In this document: piece after piece, positions 26,650-37,473 of the stretch
How positions within the stretch are numbered: the stretch's first letter is position 1
How the letters are laid out: each line of letters starts with the position of its first letter
Origin: a virus
Direction: 5' to 3' (one strand)
Length of the DNA stretch: 64,000 nucleotides
IMG/VR virus record: IMGVR_UViG_3300033056_000008
Span: 114,471-178,470 of that record
The notes under the pieces: model-generated
Told to the model about the DNA's origin: nothing
Databases searched by the model: none
What the model saw: the letters and a program-made list of their open reading frames with translations, nothing else
Program-made: the position numbers and the translations under genes

Positions 26650-28116
26650 GTGGTATTGGAAGAAACTAATTCAATGAGCATACCAGCAACTTTCGCTCAA
26701 CTAAGTAAACTGATCTATAACGATATCGAAAAATCAACTACTAGGTCATCGATTATGACTAAGTATACAAAAGAACAGATTGTTAGATTCTTAGAGAATC
26801 CACTAAGTTCTCAAAAAGAATTGAGAAAGCTTAGTAATTATCTTTATAACGTATCTCCAAACTATAAGCGGGTTATTTTGTATTTCGCAAACATTATGAG
26901 ATTTGATTATATTGTTGAACCTTATGATATTAATGTTAATAACTTTGATAGAGTTAAATTCGAAAAACAATATATGGCTACTTTAAAAATTATTGAAAAT
27001 ATGAATCTTTCTCATGAGATGCAGAAAGTTTTCAAAACCTGTTTTAGGGAAGATGTTTTTTACGGATACGAGCACATGACTGCTGACGCCTACTTCATTC
27101 AAAAACTAAATTCAGATTATTGTCGAATTAGTAGCATTGAAGATGGAGTGTTTAATTTCGAGTATGACTTTTCTTTCTTTGATAATAAGGATAACTCTGT
27201 TGCTAAATATGCTCCGGAATTCCAGGAAAAATATACAAAGTACCAATCTAATAAATCCAAATTCAGATGGCAAGAATTAAAAGCAGAAAAAACAATCTGT
27301 ATGAAAGTTAATGATGATATTGATTATCCTATCCCTCCCCTCAACTCTGTTTTCGAGGCTCTGTTTGATATAGAGGAAACAAAGAGGATGAGTACAATCA
27401 AAAGTAAAATGGATAACTACATGATCTTGACACAGCAGATTCCAATAGATGATAAGAAGAGTGAAGCTAATCAATTTCTAATTGATTTAGATACTGCCAT
27501 TGCGTTCCATAATAAAGCAACGGAATCTCTGCCTGATGAAGTCGGGTTAATTACATCTCCCATGAAAATTGAAGCAATTAAATTAGAAAGAAGGAAAACT
27601 GATGTTGATGAAGTAGCTAAATCTGAAAGAGCATATTACGCTGCTGCTGGAGTAAGTCAACTACTATTCAACGGAAACAGTACGACTAGTACTTCTCTCT
27701 CTAAATCTGTTATAACAGATGAGCAAATTGCATTTGCATTATTGAAACAGGTCGAACGCTGGTTAAATAGAAAACTGAAATACATAAACAAATCATTTAA
27801 ATTTAGAGTTAAATTTCTAGAAACAACTGACTTTAATCATGCAGAAGTTACTGATAGATATCTAAAAGCTGCGCAATATGGAGTTCCAGTAATACAGGAA
27901 TTGGCGGCATCTCTAGGACTTTCTCCTTCTGCTTTAATCAACAAGACTTTTCTACAAAACGAAATACTTAATTTACCAATCAAACTTATACCACTGTCTT
28001 CCTCACATACACAAAGTGGAGACAGTACTTCGAATGGTGCACCTACAAAGTCCGATGATGACTTAAGTGAATCAGGAGAACAAACCAGAGAAAACGAAGG
28101 TAACATCAGGGAATGA
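26650..28116 (+). CDS. portal protein (YonE-like)
   Basis: 488 aa after TerL; AGVSQLLFN pattern; acidic tail GAPTKSDDDLSESGEQTRE. Confidence 0.85.
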   Translation: MVLEETNSMSIPATFAQLSKLIYNDIEKSTTRSSIMTKYTKEQIVRFLENPLSSQKELRKLSNYLYNVSPNYKRVILYFANIMRFDYIVEPYDINVNNFDRVKFEKQYMATLKIIENMNLSHEMQKVFKTCFREDVFYGYEHMTADAYFIQKLNSDYCRISSIEDGVFNFEYDFSFFDNKDNSVAKYAPEFQEKYTKYQSNKSKFRWQELKAEKTICMKVNDDIDYPIPPLNSVFEALFDIEETKRMSTIKSKMDNYMILTQQIPIDDKKSEANQFLIDLDTAIAFHNKATESLPDEVGLITSPMKIEAIKLERRKTDVDEVAKSERAYYAAAGVSQLLFNGNSTTSTSLSKSVITDEQIAFALLKQVERWLNRKLKYINKSFKFRVKFLETTDFNHAEVTDRYLKAAQYGVPVIQELAASLGLSPSALINKTFLQNEILNLPIKLIPLSSSHTQSGDSTSNGAPTKSDDDLSESGEQTRENEGNIRE

Positions 28117-28148
28117 ATATTTAAATCTCTTGAGAGGAGGTGAAATGG

Positions 28149-29660
28149 TTGGGTAAAGAAATAGATAAATTTGTCCCCGTATTATTTCAGAAGATGAATA
28201 TATATGAAAATCAATCAGAAGACACTAGATTTCTCAAAGTTAAAATATGGCTGATGCATTTAGGTGAAAATCTAAACGGTAGTTACTTTAGTAAGGAATC
28301 AGTTGAAACAGCTCTCCCTACATTAGCAAATACACCTATTTTAGCTTATATTGAGGATAATTCTAATGACGATGTTGATTTTTCTGATCATAGAATGGTT
28401 TTAGTTAAAAAAGATAATGAAATTAAAATTAAGTATTTAGGTCAAGCTATTGGAGTCATCCCTGAGGACAATAATGCTCAATTTGAAATGAGACTATGCG
28501 ACGATGGAATTGAACGAGAATTCTTAACGTGTGAAGGTCTTGTTTGGACAAAATGGGATGAACCTATAGATATATTTGATAGAGATGTATTCAAAGCGCA
28601 ATCTATGGAGCTCCATGATGATTTCACTGGTGAGTGGAAAGATGGAATGTACTATTTTAACACTTTTAAGTTCTTTGGAGCTTGTGCTTTAGGTAGTGAC
28701 GTTCTCCCTGCTATGCGTTCCGCTAGTATAGAAACTCAGTTCTCTAATGAAACATTAGCTAACGAAGTTCAGGTTAAAATGGAGCAATTCAAGCAATTAT
28801 TTAGCAACAAAGGAGGTAAAAATCAAATGGATGAAAAACTAGATTTACTAGTAAAGTATTCTGTGACTGAGGAAGAATTAATTAAGCAAGAAGTGAATAT
28901 TGAAGAATATTCTCTTGAAGATTTAGAAACTAAATTAAAAGAACTCAGCGAAAAATCAACTTCATTTTCTTTAACTGGTGAACAATTCATTGATGAATTA
29001 AGAAATGAATTATCTAAAGAAAAAATCGAGGATGATTGGGGATGGGCATATAATAGATTTTCATATATAGATTATAAAGACGGAGAGGTTTACGCTTTTG
29101 ATCGAGCAGATGAATATAAATTATATGGTTTCATATTTACTGTTGATGGTGATAGCGTTACTATTGATTTCGATTCCAAAAAGCGGAAAAAATTTGAAGT
29201 TGTTGATTTTCTAGAGGGCACAAGTGAATTTTCTATTATTCCTAAAGAAGCTTTAGAGTATGAAGTTAAAGTTGCTGAAAAGAAGATTGAAGATAAATTC
29301 ACTAAAGATCAAGATGAATTTAAACAACAATACTCTAATCTAGAAAATGAAGTGGAATCTCTTCGTGCATTTAAAAAATTGAAAGTTACAGAGGAAAGAT
29401 TTGAACATGAAAGTCAATTATTTAACAGCTTCTCTTCCGAATTAACCGAAGAAGAAATGAAAACATTGAAAGATACAGCTTCAGAGTTCTCTCTTGAGCA
29501 ATTAGAAGAAAAATTATTTGTAATGGTCGGGAAAAAGAAAGCCAGTTTCTCTAAACAGACTAAAAAAGAAAAACAAACTTCGATTAAGATTGAATTAGAT
29601 CGCAAAGAAGAAAAGCAGACTGTTTACGGTGGCTTATTCGAAAAATATTCACAAGAATAA
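28149..29660 (+). CDS. prohead protease/scaffold (YonD-like)
   Basis: HLGENLNGSYF, QSMEL, GACALG..PAM; TTG 28149 after GGAGGTG; internal SD plus ATG at 28827. Confidence 0.8.
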   Translation: MGKEIDKFVPVLFQKMNIYENQSEDTRFLKVKIWLMHLGENLNGSYFSKESVETALPTLANTPILAYIEDNSNDDVDFSDHRMVLVKKDNEIKIKYLGQAIGVIPEDNNAQFEMRLCDDGIEREFLTCEGLVWTKWDEPIDIFDRDVFKAQSMELHDDFTGEWKDGMYYFNTFKFFGACALGSDVLPAMRSASIETQFSNETLANEVQVKMEQFKQLFSNKGGKNQMDEKLDLLVKYSVTEEELIKQEVNIEEYSLEDLETKLKELSEKSTSFSLTGEQFIDELRNELSKEKIEDDWGWAYNRFSYIDYKDGEVYAFDRADEYKLYGFIFTVDGDSVTIDFDSKKRKKFEVVDFLEGTSEFSIIPKEALEYEVKVAEKKIEDKFTKDQDEFKQQYSNLENEVESLRAFKKLKVTEERFEHESQLFNSFSSELTEEEMKTLKDTASEFSLEQLEEKLFVMVGKKKASFSKQTKKEKQTSIKIELDRKEEKQTVYGGLFEKYSQE

Positions 29661-29733
29661 AAAGTTACTCAAAGCGTTCATAAAATGAAGGCTTTTTTAT
29701 TTTACTTTAAAACAATTTAGGAGGATTTATATA

Positions 29734-30279
29734 ATGGCAAATAGTGTTGTAAGACTTGATAAATTAAAATCCGTTTATAACGGTAATCTGTTCTCTGTGC
29801 GTGCTCCAGAAGAAATGCAAAACGGTTTCGTTGCTCATTTAGGAGCTTTAGAATCTGGTCAAAGAGAAGTGTATGGAATCGCAAAGCCGACAACTGCATC
29901 AGTAGCTGAAAAAGGCTTGGTTCTTATCGCTCACTCCCCTATCGTATATGATAATGCTCGTGCATCATCTAAATCTGAACAAGCTTATAAAATTGAGGCT
30001 GATGAAGTTGTTAGAGCTTATGAAATTGATGCTCGTGATATCTTCTCAGTAACTAAAGACGGATTAACTTTAATTGGTGATGATGCAGTTGCAGGTAACT
30101 ATGTCGTTGCTCAAAACGGTTCCTTCAAACTGAAAGAAGTTGCTACTCTAGCCGGTACTGAAAAGTTCGTTGGTAAAATTATTCGTCAAGATCAAATCGG
30201 AACTTCTGTTGCTACAGGTCAGTTTGCTGGTCGTATCTTGACTTATGTAGTAATCGAAGTTATTAAAAACGAAATTTAA
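29734..30279 (+). CDS. head decoration/structural protein (YonC-like)
   Basis: lies between scaffold and major capsid, highly expressed codon usage. Confidence 0.7.
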   Translation: MANSVVRLDKLKSVYNGNLFSVRAPEEMQNGFVAHLGALESGQREVYGIAKPTTASVAEKGLVLIAHSPIVYDNARASSKSEQAYKIEADEVVRAYEIDARDIFSVTKDGLTLIGDDAVAGNYVVAQNGSFKLKEVATLAGTEKFVGKIIRQDQIGTSVATGQFAGRILTYVVIEVIKNEI

Positions 30280-30324
30280 TAAAAATAAATTAAATTAATT
30301 ACCTAACCCTAGGAGGATAAAATA

Positions 30325-31329
30325 ATGAATCAAGATTTAGTGAAACTATGTGTAGATACTGTACACAACCGTGTACAAAACTATGGTAAATCAACTGAAC
30401 AAGCAAGTGATGTAATTCGTAAAGCATTCTCAGAAATTATGGGGACTGATAAGCCTACATATAAAGATATTCGTAGACACAAAGAAACTGTTTTTGAAAT
30501 TCTTGAAGAAGTATTGTCAAACACAGTAATTAACGGAGTTAACGAAGATGAGTTCTTCATGCAATTCGCTGAAACACGTAACGTTGCTCTAGGTGACTCA
30601 ATTGAATTCTATGTGGAAGATAACAGTTTACTAGTTGCTTCTGAACTCGCAGGAAATCATTGGAATATTACACGTCAGAAATTAGATGCTGGTAATGCAT
30701 TCACAGTTAAAACTAGAGCGTTTGGTCTTGCTGTATATGCAGATTTCATGGCATTTATGGCTGGTCGAGTTGATTTCCCTGCATTAGTTGCTAAAGTAGC
30801 TCGCGCAATCCAAGACAGATTGTATCAAGAAGTTGCTGCTTCTTTCGCTTCTGCTTCTACTTACCTTCCGGCTGAATTCAAAGCTACAGGCACATATACA
30901 GAAGATCAACTAATTGAAATTGCATCTCATGTCGAGGCTGCTTCCGGTACTACACCAATTATCGTGGGTACTCGTAAAGCATTGGCTAAAGTAACTGCTG
31001 GTCTTGATGCTGCTTACATGTCTGATAGAACAAAAGACCAACTAAACAATACTGGACGAATCTCTGTGTATAACGGTTTGACTCTGGTTCAACTTCCGAC
31101 TGTACACAAAGCAAACTCTTTTGAATTTGCTTATAACGACAACCAATTGCTAATTCTTCCATCTGGCGACAACAAACCAGTAAAAGTTGTTTATGAAGGT
31201 GACGCGATTGTTAAGGAAGTATCAGACGGATTGACAAATATGGATATGTCACTTGAATATAAATTCATGACTAAGTTTGGTACAAACCTAGTATTTAATA
31301 CTCTATTTGGAGTATACAACTTAGCTTAA
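30325..31329 (+). CDS. major capsid protein (YonB-like)
   Basis: 334 aa, synteny, FAETRNVALGD / IIVGTRKALAK. Confidence 0.85.
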   Translation: MNQDLVKLCVDTVHNRVQNYGKSTEQASDVIRKAFSEIMGTDKPTYKDIRRHKETVFEILEEVLSNTVINGVNEDEFFMQFAETRNVALGDSIEFYVEDNSLLVASELAGNHWNITRQKLDAGNAFTVKTRAFGLAVYADFMAFMAGRVDFPALVAKVARAIQDRLYQEVAASFASASTYLPAEFKATGTYTEDQLIEIASHVEAASGTTPIIVGTRKALAKVTAGLDAAYMSDRTKDQLNNTGRISVYNGLTLVQLPTVHKANSFEFAYNDNQLLILPSGDNKPVKVVYEGDAIVKEVSDGLTNMDMSLEYKFMTKFGTNLVFNTLFGVYNLA

Positions 31330-31393
31330 TAATTAATTGAGGAGATACTTTGTGTCTCCTCTTATATTTTTTGGAATACAAGGAGGATTATTA

Positions 31394-31972
31394 ATGACAA
31401 CTACTAAAAAAACTACAACAACTGCTAGAAGACAAACGGCTAAAAAAGTAGCAGAAGAAACTGTTGATCAACTCATGAAAACTGAATCAGAAACGGTATC
31501 CGAGACACCGAAAAGGAAGCAAAAAGTAGAAGTTGACAGAAATGAATTGGTAATTTGCCGAAATGTGACTGATGGACAACTAATTTATAAATCCAGAAAG
31601 ACAGGTTTAACAACAATTTGGATGAACTATGGCGACGTTGAATATTTAGATGTTGGTGAACTATTAACAATGAAAGCTTCCCAACCAAAATTCTTAACTG
31701 ATGTTTGGCTAGTTATTGATGACGAAGAAGTTGTAGAGTTTCTAGGTTTAAAACACATTTATAAAAACCTTGCTGACGTTGAAGATATTGATTCTTTCTT
31801 TCATAAAACCCCTAGTGAAATTAATGAAATAGCCTCTAAGCTTCCAAAGGGATTAAAAGAAACGATTGGTACGAGAGCAAGAAAACTAATCGAAAGTGGA
31901 GATTTATACGATAACCGTAAAATCAAAGCATTAGAGAATACACTTAAATTAGAATTACAACTATTTAGTTAA
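31394..31972 (+). CDS. virion assembly protein (YonA-like)
   Basis: ATG 31394 after AGGAGG (track start 31337 lies in a hairpin). Confidence 0.7.
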   Translation: MTTTKKTTTTARRQTAKKVAEETVDQLMKTESETVSETPKRKQKVEVDRNELVICRNVTDGQLIYKSRKTGLTTIWMNYGDVEYLDVGELLTMKASQPKFLTDVWLVIDDEEVVEFLGLKHIYKNLADVEDIDSFFHKTPSEINEIASKLPKGLKETIGTRARKLIESGDLYDNRKIKALENTLKLELQLFS

Positions 31973-31986
31973 TGGAGGTGTGCTAA

Positions 31987-32412
31987 TTGGCAACCTCATA
32001 TCAAGATGTTTATTCCAGGTTTCTGTCTAAAATAACTGATTATTCTTTTCTAAATTTGACTGAAGACGAAATTGAGTATCAACTTGAAAAGTTTCTAAAG
32101 TCTTCTATTGTTAAGTTTAGATATTGTAATAAACTGAGTGGCAGAGATGACTCTCTAAAGTCATTTAATGAAACTCTCACAGATGAAGAACAAGAAATTC
32201 TTTCCGTGTTAATGTGTGTTGAATACCTTTCACCTAAAATTCTAACTGATGATTTACTAAAACAAACTCTTAGCTCCAAAGACTATACTCTCTACTCTCA
32301 AGCGAACCATATCAAAGAAGTAAGATCCATTAAAGACAGCTATCAAAAAGAAGCCGGTTCATTAATGATTCTCTATACTTATAGTAAAAATAAGATGAGT
32401 GGTTTCAAATGA
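31987..32412 (+). CDS. head-tail adaptor (YomZ-like)
   Basis: FLSKITDY, YSQANH; synteny. Confidence 0.7.
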   Translation: MATSYQDVYSRFLSKITDYSFLNLTEDEIEYQLEKFLKSSIVKFRYCNKLSGRDDSLKSFNETLTDEEQEILSVLMCVEYLSPKILTDDLLKQTLSSKDYTLYSQANHIKEVRSIKDSYQKEAGSLMILYTYSKNKMSGFK

Positions 32413-32723
32413 TGCTAATGAGAGATGGTACTTTATTTGAAAATTATTTAGAAACAACCAAGAGTAGAGTTTTTAAGATACTTCCGCTGTTAGAGGAAAG
32501 AAACGAAGGTGTTTTTCGGTATATTGATTCTTTATTATTTGAACTATACGGAATTCAATATGTTGTTCAAGAAATAAAAGATTCCACCCCTTACCTATCT
32601 GTATTAGCAACATTAGAGTCTATATTGGATGAGACAATAGTTGAAACGAAAGATTTCAAATTCATTCGAAGTGAAATTTTCAAGACAATTACTCTAATTG
32701 AAAGATTGCAGAAAGGAGAATGA
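32409..32723 (+). CDS. hypothetical structural-operon protein (YomY-like)
   Basis: VFKILPLLEE; synteny. Confidence 0.65.
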   Translation: MMLMRDGTLFENYLETTKSRVFKILPLLEERNEGVFRYIDSLLFELYGIQYVVQEIKDSTPYLSVLATLESILDETIVETKDFKFIRSEIFKTITLIERLQKGE

Positions 32724-32724
32724 T

Positions 32725-33414
32725 ATGAGTTATATAGACATGTATAAAAGTAGATTAAATGCATCTGGTGGAAATTTAGGCGAGAGCATTATCAATTCTA
32801 CAAAACAAACAGTTAAAAATAACTTTAACCTCTCCCCTTTTTCTGAATCGGTGCTAATCGATGATGTGGAATTTAAAGCAGTAATAACTCAAGGTGATAA
32901 AAGCAAGAATAAAACACTGCTTCTTCAGCCTGATACAGTTATTGCAATTGGTTCAAATGTAAAGGTAAGTAATAACAACTATTTAGTAATGGACTTTCGT
33001 GGTGAAGGTATTAATGAGGTTTATCCTACAGCAAGTTTAGAAATTTGTAACTCCTTCTTCCCTGCTATTACTGATAAAACTAGAGTTTTAAAGCGAGATG
33101 CTAATGGTCAGGTTGTTAAAGATAAGTTCGGAGATCCTGTTTATATATGGACAGGTGGAGAGATTTTTAACGTCCCTTGTATTGTTGAATCAAGTATTAA
33201 GGATAAAGAGTCTAATAATCAGTTAAATCTTCCTGACGGACGTCTAAAGGTATCAATGAAATATCAACCAATTGCTAATGTCAAACTAAATGAGACTTTT
33301 AAAATGTATGATAATACTTACAAAATTACTCATATTGATTTGACTCAAGTAATTAACAGTGTTGGTATTATGGTTGTTACTGCAGATATTGTTCCAAGTG
33401 AGGTGATTTCATAA
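32725..33414 (+). CDS. head closure/structural protein (YomX-like)
   Basis: ATG 32725 after AAGGAG; synteny. Confidence 0.7.
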   Translation: MSYIDMYKSRLNASGGNLGESIINSTKQTVKNNFNLSPFSESVLIDDVEFKAVITQGDKSKNKTLLLQPDTVIAIGSNVKVSNNNYLVMDFRGEGINEVYPTASLEICNSFFPAITDKTRVLKRDANGQVVKDKFGDPVYIWTGGEIFNVPCIVESSIKDKESNNQLNLPDGRLKVSMKYQPIANVKLNETFKMYDNTYKITHIDLTQVINSVGIMVVTADIVPSEVIS

Positions 33415-33917
33415 TGGGTTCATATGATGACTTCCTTGGTATTTATAAGTATCTCAGAGAAGATGAACAGTTGCTAAGACTTTTACATTACCCTCCTGAA
33501 GATTTATCTAATGATATTCCTGACCCTCTCTCCCCTTCTCTGGAGAATATTTTAGATAAAGATATTGAAGAATTGGCTGATATACGTAATGAGCATATTA
33601 TGAAGTCAATTAAAGATGATGACTTAGTAACTAAGAAGATTTGTAGATTGTACTTATATCCTGGGAGAAGAAGTCCTAAAAACAACAATTACCTATTAGC
33701 TAATCAAGAAATTGTTATTGATTTATTTGTACATATTGATATTGAGAATGGAGATTTTAGAGTTTCTAGAATTAATGATCGTCTCAATGAATTGTTTGTA
33801 TTAAATCATGTTGCAGGTGCTAGTAGTACTGACTATGTAGAAGGTACTCCTAGGTCAGCTCCACAAAACTACACAGGGTATGAGAGTGTGTTTACATTCA
33901 TGACCAGAAAATCATGA
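33414..33917 (+). CDS. tail terminator-like protein (YomW-like)
   Basis: LLRLLHYPP, synteny before the tail tube gene. Confidence 0.65.
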   Translation: MGSYDDFLGIYKYLREDEQLLRLLHYPPEDLSNDIPDPLSPSLENILDKDIEELADIRNEHIMKSIKDDDLVTKKICRLYLYPGRRSPKNNNYLLANQEIVIDLFVHIDIENGDFRVSRINDRLNELFVLNHVAGASSTDYVEGTPRSAPQNYTGYESVFTFMTRKS

Positions 33918-34630
33918 AGAATGTTGAGGAATTCTACATATTAGGATTGCCAATTGAAACTGATATTGGTGAATGCAACTTTATAAGAGTAAAAGACTAT
34001 CCAGATTACTTTATGGACTTGCAGATTGTATCGATGAATAAAGGTAAGATAATTCATGATTACACATTGCTCAATAAGGTTGGTCAATTAACTGCTTTTA
34101 TTGAACAAATTAATAAACTAGAGCTATTCGATATTGTTACTGGCATTCCAGATTTAAGGGATGCTTATATTAGATTGTTTCGTAAGGTTTTTAATGATGA
34201 AAATATCATTGAAAAAATAACGATAGACAATATAGAACAATATAGAAGTCTAATATTAAAAATGCAGTGTATTAAAGAAGAAATAGTCAATCCCAACCCA
34301 GAGATACAAAAAGCCATTGAGAGAAGTCGCAGGGTTAAAGCTCAAGATGCAGAGAAACTTACATTTAGTGATATGGTTACAAGTACTGTAGTTGGAACAG
34401 GAATAGATTATGAGTTAATTAATGAATGGTCTATTTATAGATTATATATGACTTTCCATCGTATTTCTAAATTTAAAAATTACGATACTTCTACTCTCTT
34501 CGCTACAGTTTCCTCAGAAAAAGTTAAGATTGAGGGTTGGAGTACTCATATTGATTTATTTGAGGAAGAGAAACACTTTGTTACTCAAGAACAATTTAAT
34601 AAAACAACAGGTAGTGCATTTAGTGAGTAG
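33914..34630 (+). CDS. tail assembly protein (YomV-like)
   Basis: FYILGLPIET, NPEIQKAIERS; synteny. Confidence 0.65.
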   Translation: MKNVEEFYILGLPIETDIGECNFIRVKDYPDYFMDLQIVSMNKGKIIHDYTLLNKVGQLTAFIEQINKLELFDIVTGIPDLRDAYIRLFRKVFNDENIIEKITIDNIEQYRSLILKMQCIKEEIVNPNPEIQKAIERSRRVKAQDAEKLTFSDMVTSTVVGTGIDYELINEWSIYRLYMTFHRISKFKNYDTSTLFATVSSEKVKIEGWSTHIDLFEEEKHFVTQEQFNKTTGSAFSE

Positions 34631-34652
34631 ATAAAATTCTACTCACTTTTTT
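34622..34652 (+). terminator. intrinsic terminator
   Basis: AGTGAGTAG...CTACTCACT plus T tract. Confidence 0.65.
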
Positions 34653-34674
34653 AATTTTAAGGAGGAAAAAATTA

Positions 34675-35409
34675 ATGAAATTACTAATTAGCGATACAGC
34701 AGACGTAATTGTAAAACGTAAATCCGATGGTCATTTATTTATGTCTGGAGAAACTCAATTAGCTTCCATCTCTCAATCATTAGGAATTAATGAAAAGATT
34801 TATGGTGGAATTGGTAATAAACCACTTGCTATCATGCGTGGACAAAAGGAAGTAACATCTACTCTTCGTAATGCATTTTATGACATGGAAATCTTGTCTA
34901 TGACACAAGGTGTTGCAATCGATGAAGATGGTGCTGCTACTGTATATAAAGATGAAAAAGGTCTTAAAGTTACTGAAAATAACAGCAATCTTGAAGTAAC
35001 AATTACTGGTACTCCTGTTGGGTCAACAGTATATGTTCGTAACGCTGCAGGCGAAGCTGTATCTGCTGCTGTCGCTACTAAGAAAGTAACTATTCCAACT
35101 GGTCATGCAGTAGCCGGTGAATTGGTAACTGTAGCGTATCAAGAAGCTGTTACAGGTCGAGTATTGACTTTGGATGCTGAGAAATTTGCTGAAGCATATG
35201 AAATTAACTATCATACAATCGGTTACAATCCAGATACAAATCAAGTCGTTAAAGATATCTACATTCAATTGGATCACGCTACTCCATCAAGTGATTTTGA
35301 AATGTCATTTGAAAACGGAAGTGCAATTGCTCCTGAAATTACATTTGATGCACTAACACCTGCTAACAGTACTGAAATTGGTCGTATTGTTGAAATAGAC
35401 CGAGTTTAA
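34675..35409 (+). CDS. major tail protein (YomU-like)
   Basis: GGIGNK, FENGSAIAPEITF; strong SD, high-expression codons. Confidence 0.8.
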   Translation: MKLLISDTADVIVKRKSDGHLFMSGETQLASISQSLGINEKIYGGIGNKPLAIMRGQKEVTSTLRNAFYDMEILSMTQGVAIDEDGAATVYKDEKGLKVTENNSNLEVTITGTPVGSTVYVRNAAGEAVSAAVATKKVTIPTGHAVAGELVTVAYQEAVTGRVLTLDAEKFAEAYEINYHTIGYNPDTNQVVKDIYIQLDHATPSSDFEMSFENGSAIAPEITFDALTPANSTEIGRIVEIDRV

Positions 35410-35475
35410 TTAAAAATAATTATTTAGGGGACTCTTAGGAGTCCTCTCTTTTAGGATTTAAAAGGAGGATATTCA

Positions 35476-35958
35476 ATGTCAAAAAAATTAACTTTATCTG
35501 CTATTAAGGAAAGCAATAAAAAATACTCCCAAAAGAAACGTATTGATTTACCTGATGGTAATCGCGTTTTCATCTACCCTGATTTCTCCCCTACTAAGAC
35601 AGTTGAGTTCGTTCGTGAATTACTAATGGAGTACTTAAATAAAGAAGATAACGGACTTTCAAAAACTAAAATTGATTTGAATAGTTGGACAGTACTGAGC
35701 TTACTTTACAAGTTTGCAGATCTTGGTATCCCAAGTGATACAAAAAAGAAAATACTAGCATTTAACGAATTACTAGAATACGAATACACTCCATTGATTA
35801 TCGGTGGTTTTACTACTGAAAGCATTAATAAACTAAAAGCTACAATGGATAACATTGTTAAAAATATTGATTTATTGGCTAAAGAACAAAATTTAAATGA
35901 CTCTAACTTAATAGAACAAGTAATTAAAACTGAAACCGATAAAGAGTTTGCTGAATAA
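35476..35958 (+). CDS. probable tail assembly chaperone (YomO-like)
   Basis: follows the major tail gene; SD AAGGAGG. Confidence 0.6.
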   Translation: MSKKLTLSAIKESNKKYSQKKRIDLPDGNRVFIYPDFSPTKTVEFVRELLMEYLNKEDNGLSKTKIDLNSWTVLSLLYKFADLGIPSDTKKKILAFNELLEYEYTPLIIGGFTTESINKLKATMDNIVKNIDLLAKEQNLNDSNLIEQVIKTETDKEFAE

Positions 35959-35986
35959 GCACACTATATAAAATTTAGGGATTGAT

Positions 35987-36424
35987 TTGATGATATATGA
36001 CAATCTAAATCAATTATTTAAAGGGTTGGCTAAGGAACTAGAAGCAACGATGAATGATCAGGTTGAAAAAGTCGCTCGCAAGAAACTTAAAGAAAATGTT
36101 GTAGAGGAAGTCTACGATAGGTATACGCCATCTCAATATGTGAGAACTGGTGGCTTACTTCAAGATAGCAACATTAAATCAGACGTTTCGACTAAAGGTT
36201 CCGATGTGGAGTTAAATGTACGAAGTATCCGTTCTGAAGACGGTAAAGATATTGCTCAAATTATTGAAACTGGTCGTGGATACAGTTGGGAATCTTCAGA
36301 GATTGCAAGGAGTAAAACACCTCGTCCCTTCCATGCTAAAACAGAAGAAGAATTAGCCTCTACCGGTGAACATATTCAAGCTATTAAAAATGGACTTAAG
36401 CAACGTGGTATAGATGTTATTTAA
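35987..36424 (+). CDS. tail completion protein, HK97 gp10-like (YomN-like)
   Basis: VYDRYTPSQYVRTGGL, PRPF motifs. Confidence 0.75.
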   Translation: MMIYDNLNQLFKGLAKELEATMNDQVEKVARKKLKENVVEEVYDRYTPSQYVRTGGLLQDSNIKSDVSTKGSDVELNVRSIRSEDGKDIAQIIETGRGYSWESSEIARSKTPRPFHAKTEEELASTGEHIQAIKNGLKQRGIDVI

Positions 36425-36449
36425 ATAATTTATTGGAGGTGAGAGCTAA

Positions 36450-37430
36450 TTGGCTAAAGTAGAAAAAATAAAAGAAGTTACAGAAGAAGAATGGGAAGCT
36501 TGTCATCCATTTAATAAAAGAATTACTAATGAATTTTTGGAACAACAGCACTTATCTCCTCAAACATTAAGACAGTATCATTCGTCTCTGAAAATATTTT
36601 TTAGATGGGTTAAAGACAATTGTGAAAACAAGTCGATTGCAGAGTTAAAACCTAGAGATGCTTTAAGATATCAAAACTTCTTAATGGGACGAGATTTATC
36701 GTCTAATGCGGTTAAGTTTAAGCGTTCATCAGTTTCAAGTCTTTGTGGATTTATTGAGTTATATTATAGTGATGAATACCCTTTATTCCGCAATATTTAC
36801 AATAAGAAAATCCCAAACCCTCCTCGTGCTTTAAGAAACGAAAAACAACCTCTTACTAAAGAAGAATTAGACTTGTTGATTGATACATTAAAAGAAAAAG
36901 AAGAATGGCAAATGGTTGCTTATGTGATGTTCAGTTATGAGTCAGGTTGTAGACGTAGTGAAACAGCTCAATTAAAGAAGGAAGTTATCAATCACGACAA
37001 AGTGAAAGATAAAGATGGTAATTTCAAAGATTACTATATGACAAATCCTATTCGCTGTAAGGGTAAGGGACGTGAGGGAAATGTTCGTAAATTAGTTATG
37101 GGTGATGCTGCGATGGAAGCAGTTAAAAAATGGCTTGAAGTTCGCGGAGATGATGATTGCGAATTAGTTTTTGTAAAGAAAACTAAGGATGGTAAAGTTG
37201 AACCTCTCTCCCCTACCGCATTTAACTATTGGTGTCAGGAAATCTTCAGTGAAATCGTTGGTCGAAGAGTTCATCCTCACCAATTACGTTCTACAAGAGC
37301 AACTCACATTGTAGCTATAGATGGTAAGGATATTAAGACTGCACAGAAAGTTTTGGGGCATAAATCATCCGAAACTACACAGATATACGTTATCCGTGAA
37401 GACGATGACGACATTGATGATGCTTTTTAA
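36450..37430 (+). CDS. tyrosine recombinase (YomM-like)
   Basis: SGCRRSE, KGK, HPHQLRSTRAT, LGH, TQIY catalytic set. Confidence 0.9.
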   Translation: MAKVEKIKEVTEEEWEACHPFNKRITNEFLEQQHLSPQTLRQYHSSLKIFFRWVKDNCENKSIAELKPRDALRYQNFLMGRDLSSNAVKFKRSSVSSLCGFIELYYSDEYPLFRNIYNKKIPNPPRALRNEKQPLTKEELDLLIDTLKEKEEWQMVAYVMFSYESGCRRSETAQLKKEVINHDKVKDKDGNFKDYYMTNPIRCKGKGREGNVRKLVMGDAAMEAVKKWLEVRGDDDCELVFVKKTKDGKVEPLSPTAFNYWCQEIFSEIVGRRVHPHQLRSTRATHIVAIDGKDIKTAQKVLGHKSSETTQIYVIREDDDDIDDAF

Positions 37431-37473
37431 AAAATAAATTACATAAACCGTAGCACTCTCCTTATTAGGTTGA

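Noticed and set aside
35476-36424. Tail-chaperone programmed frameshift
   Set aside because: No convincing slippery site; the downstream ORF looks like an independent gp10-like gene
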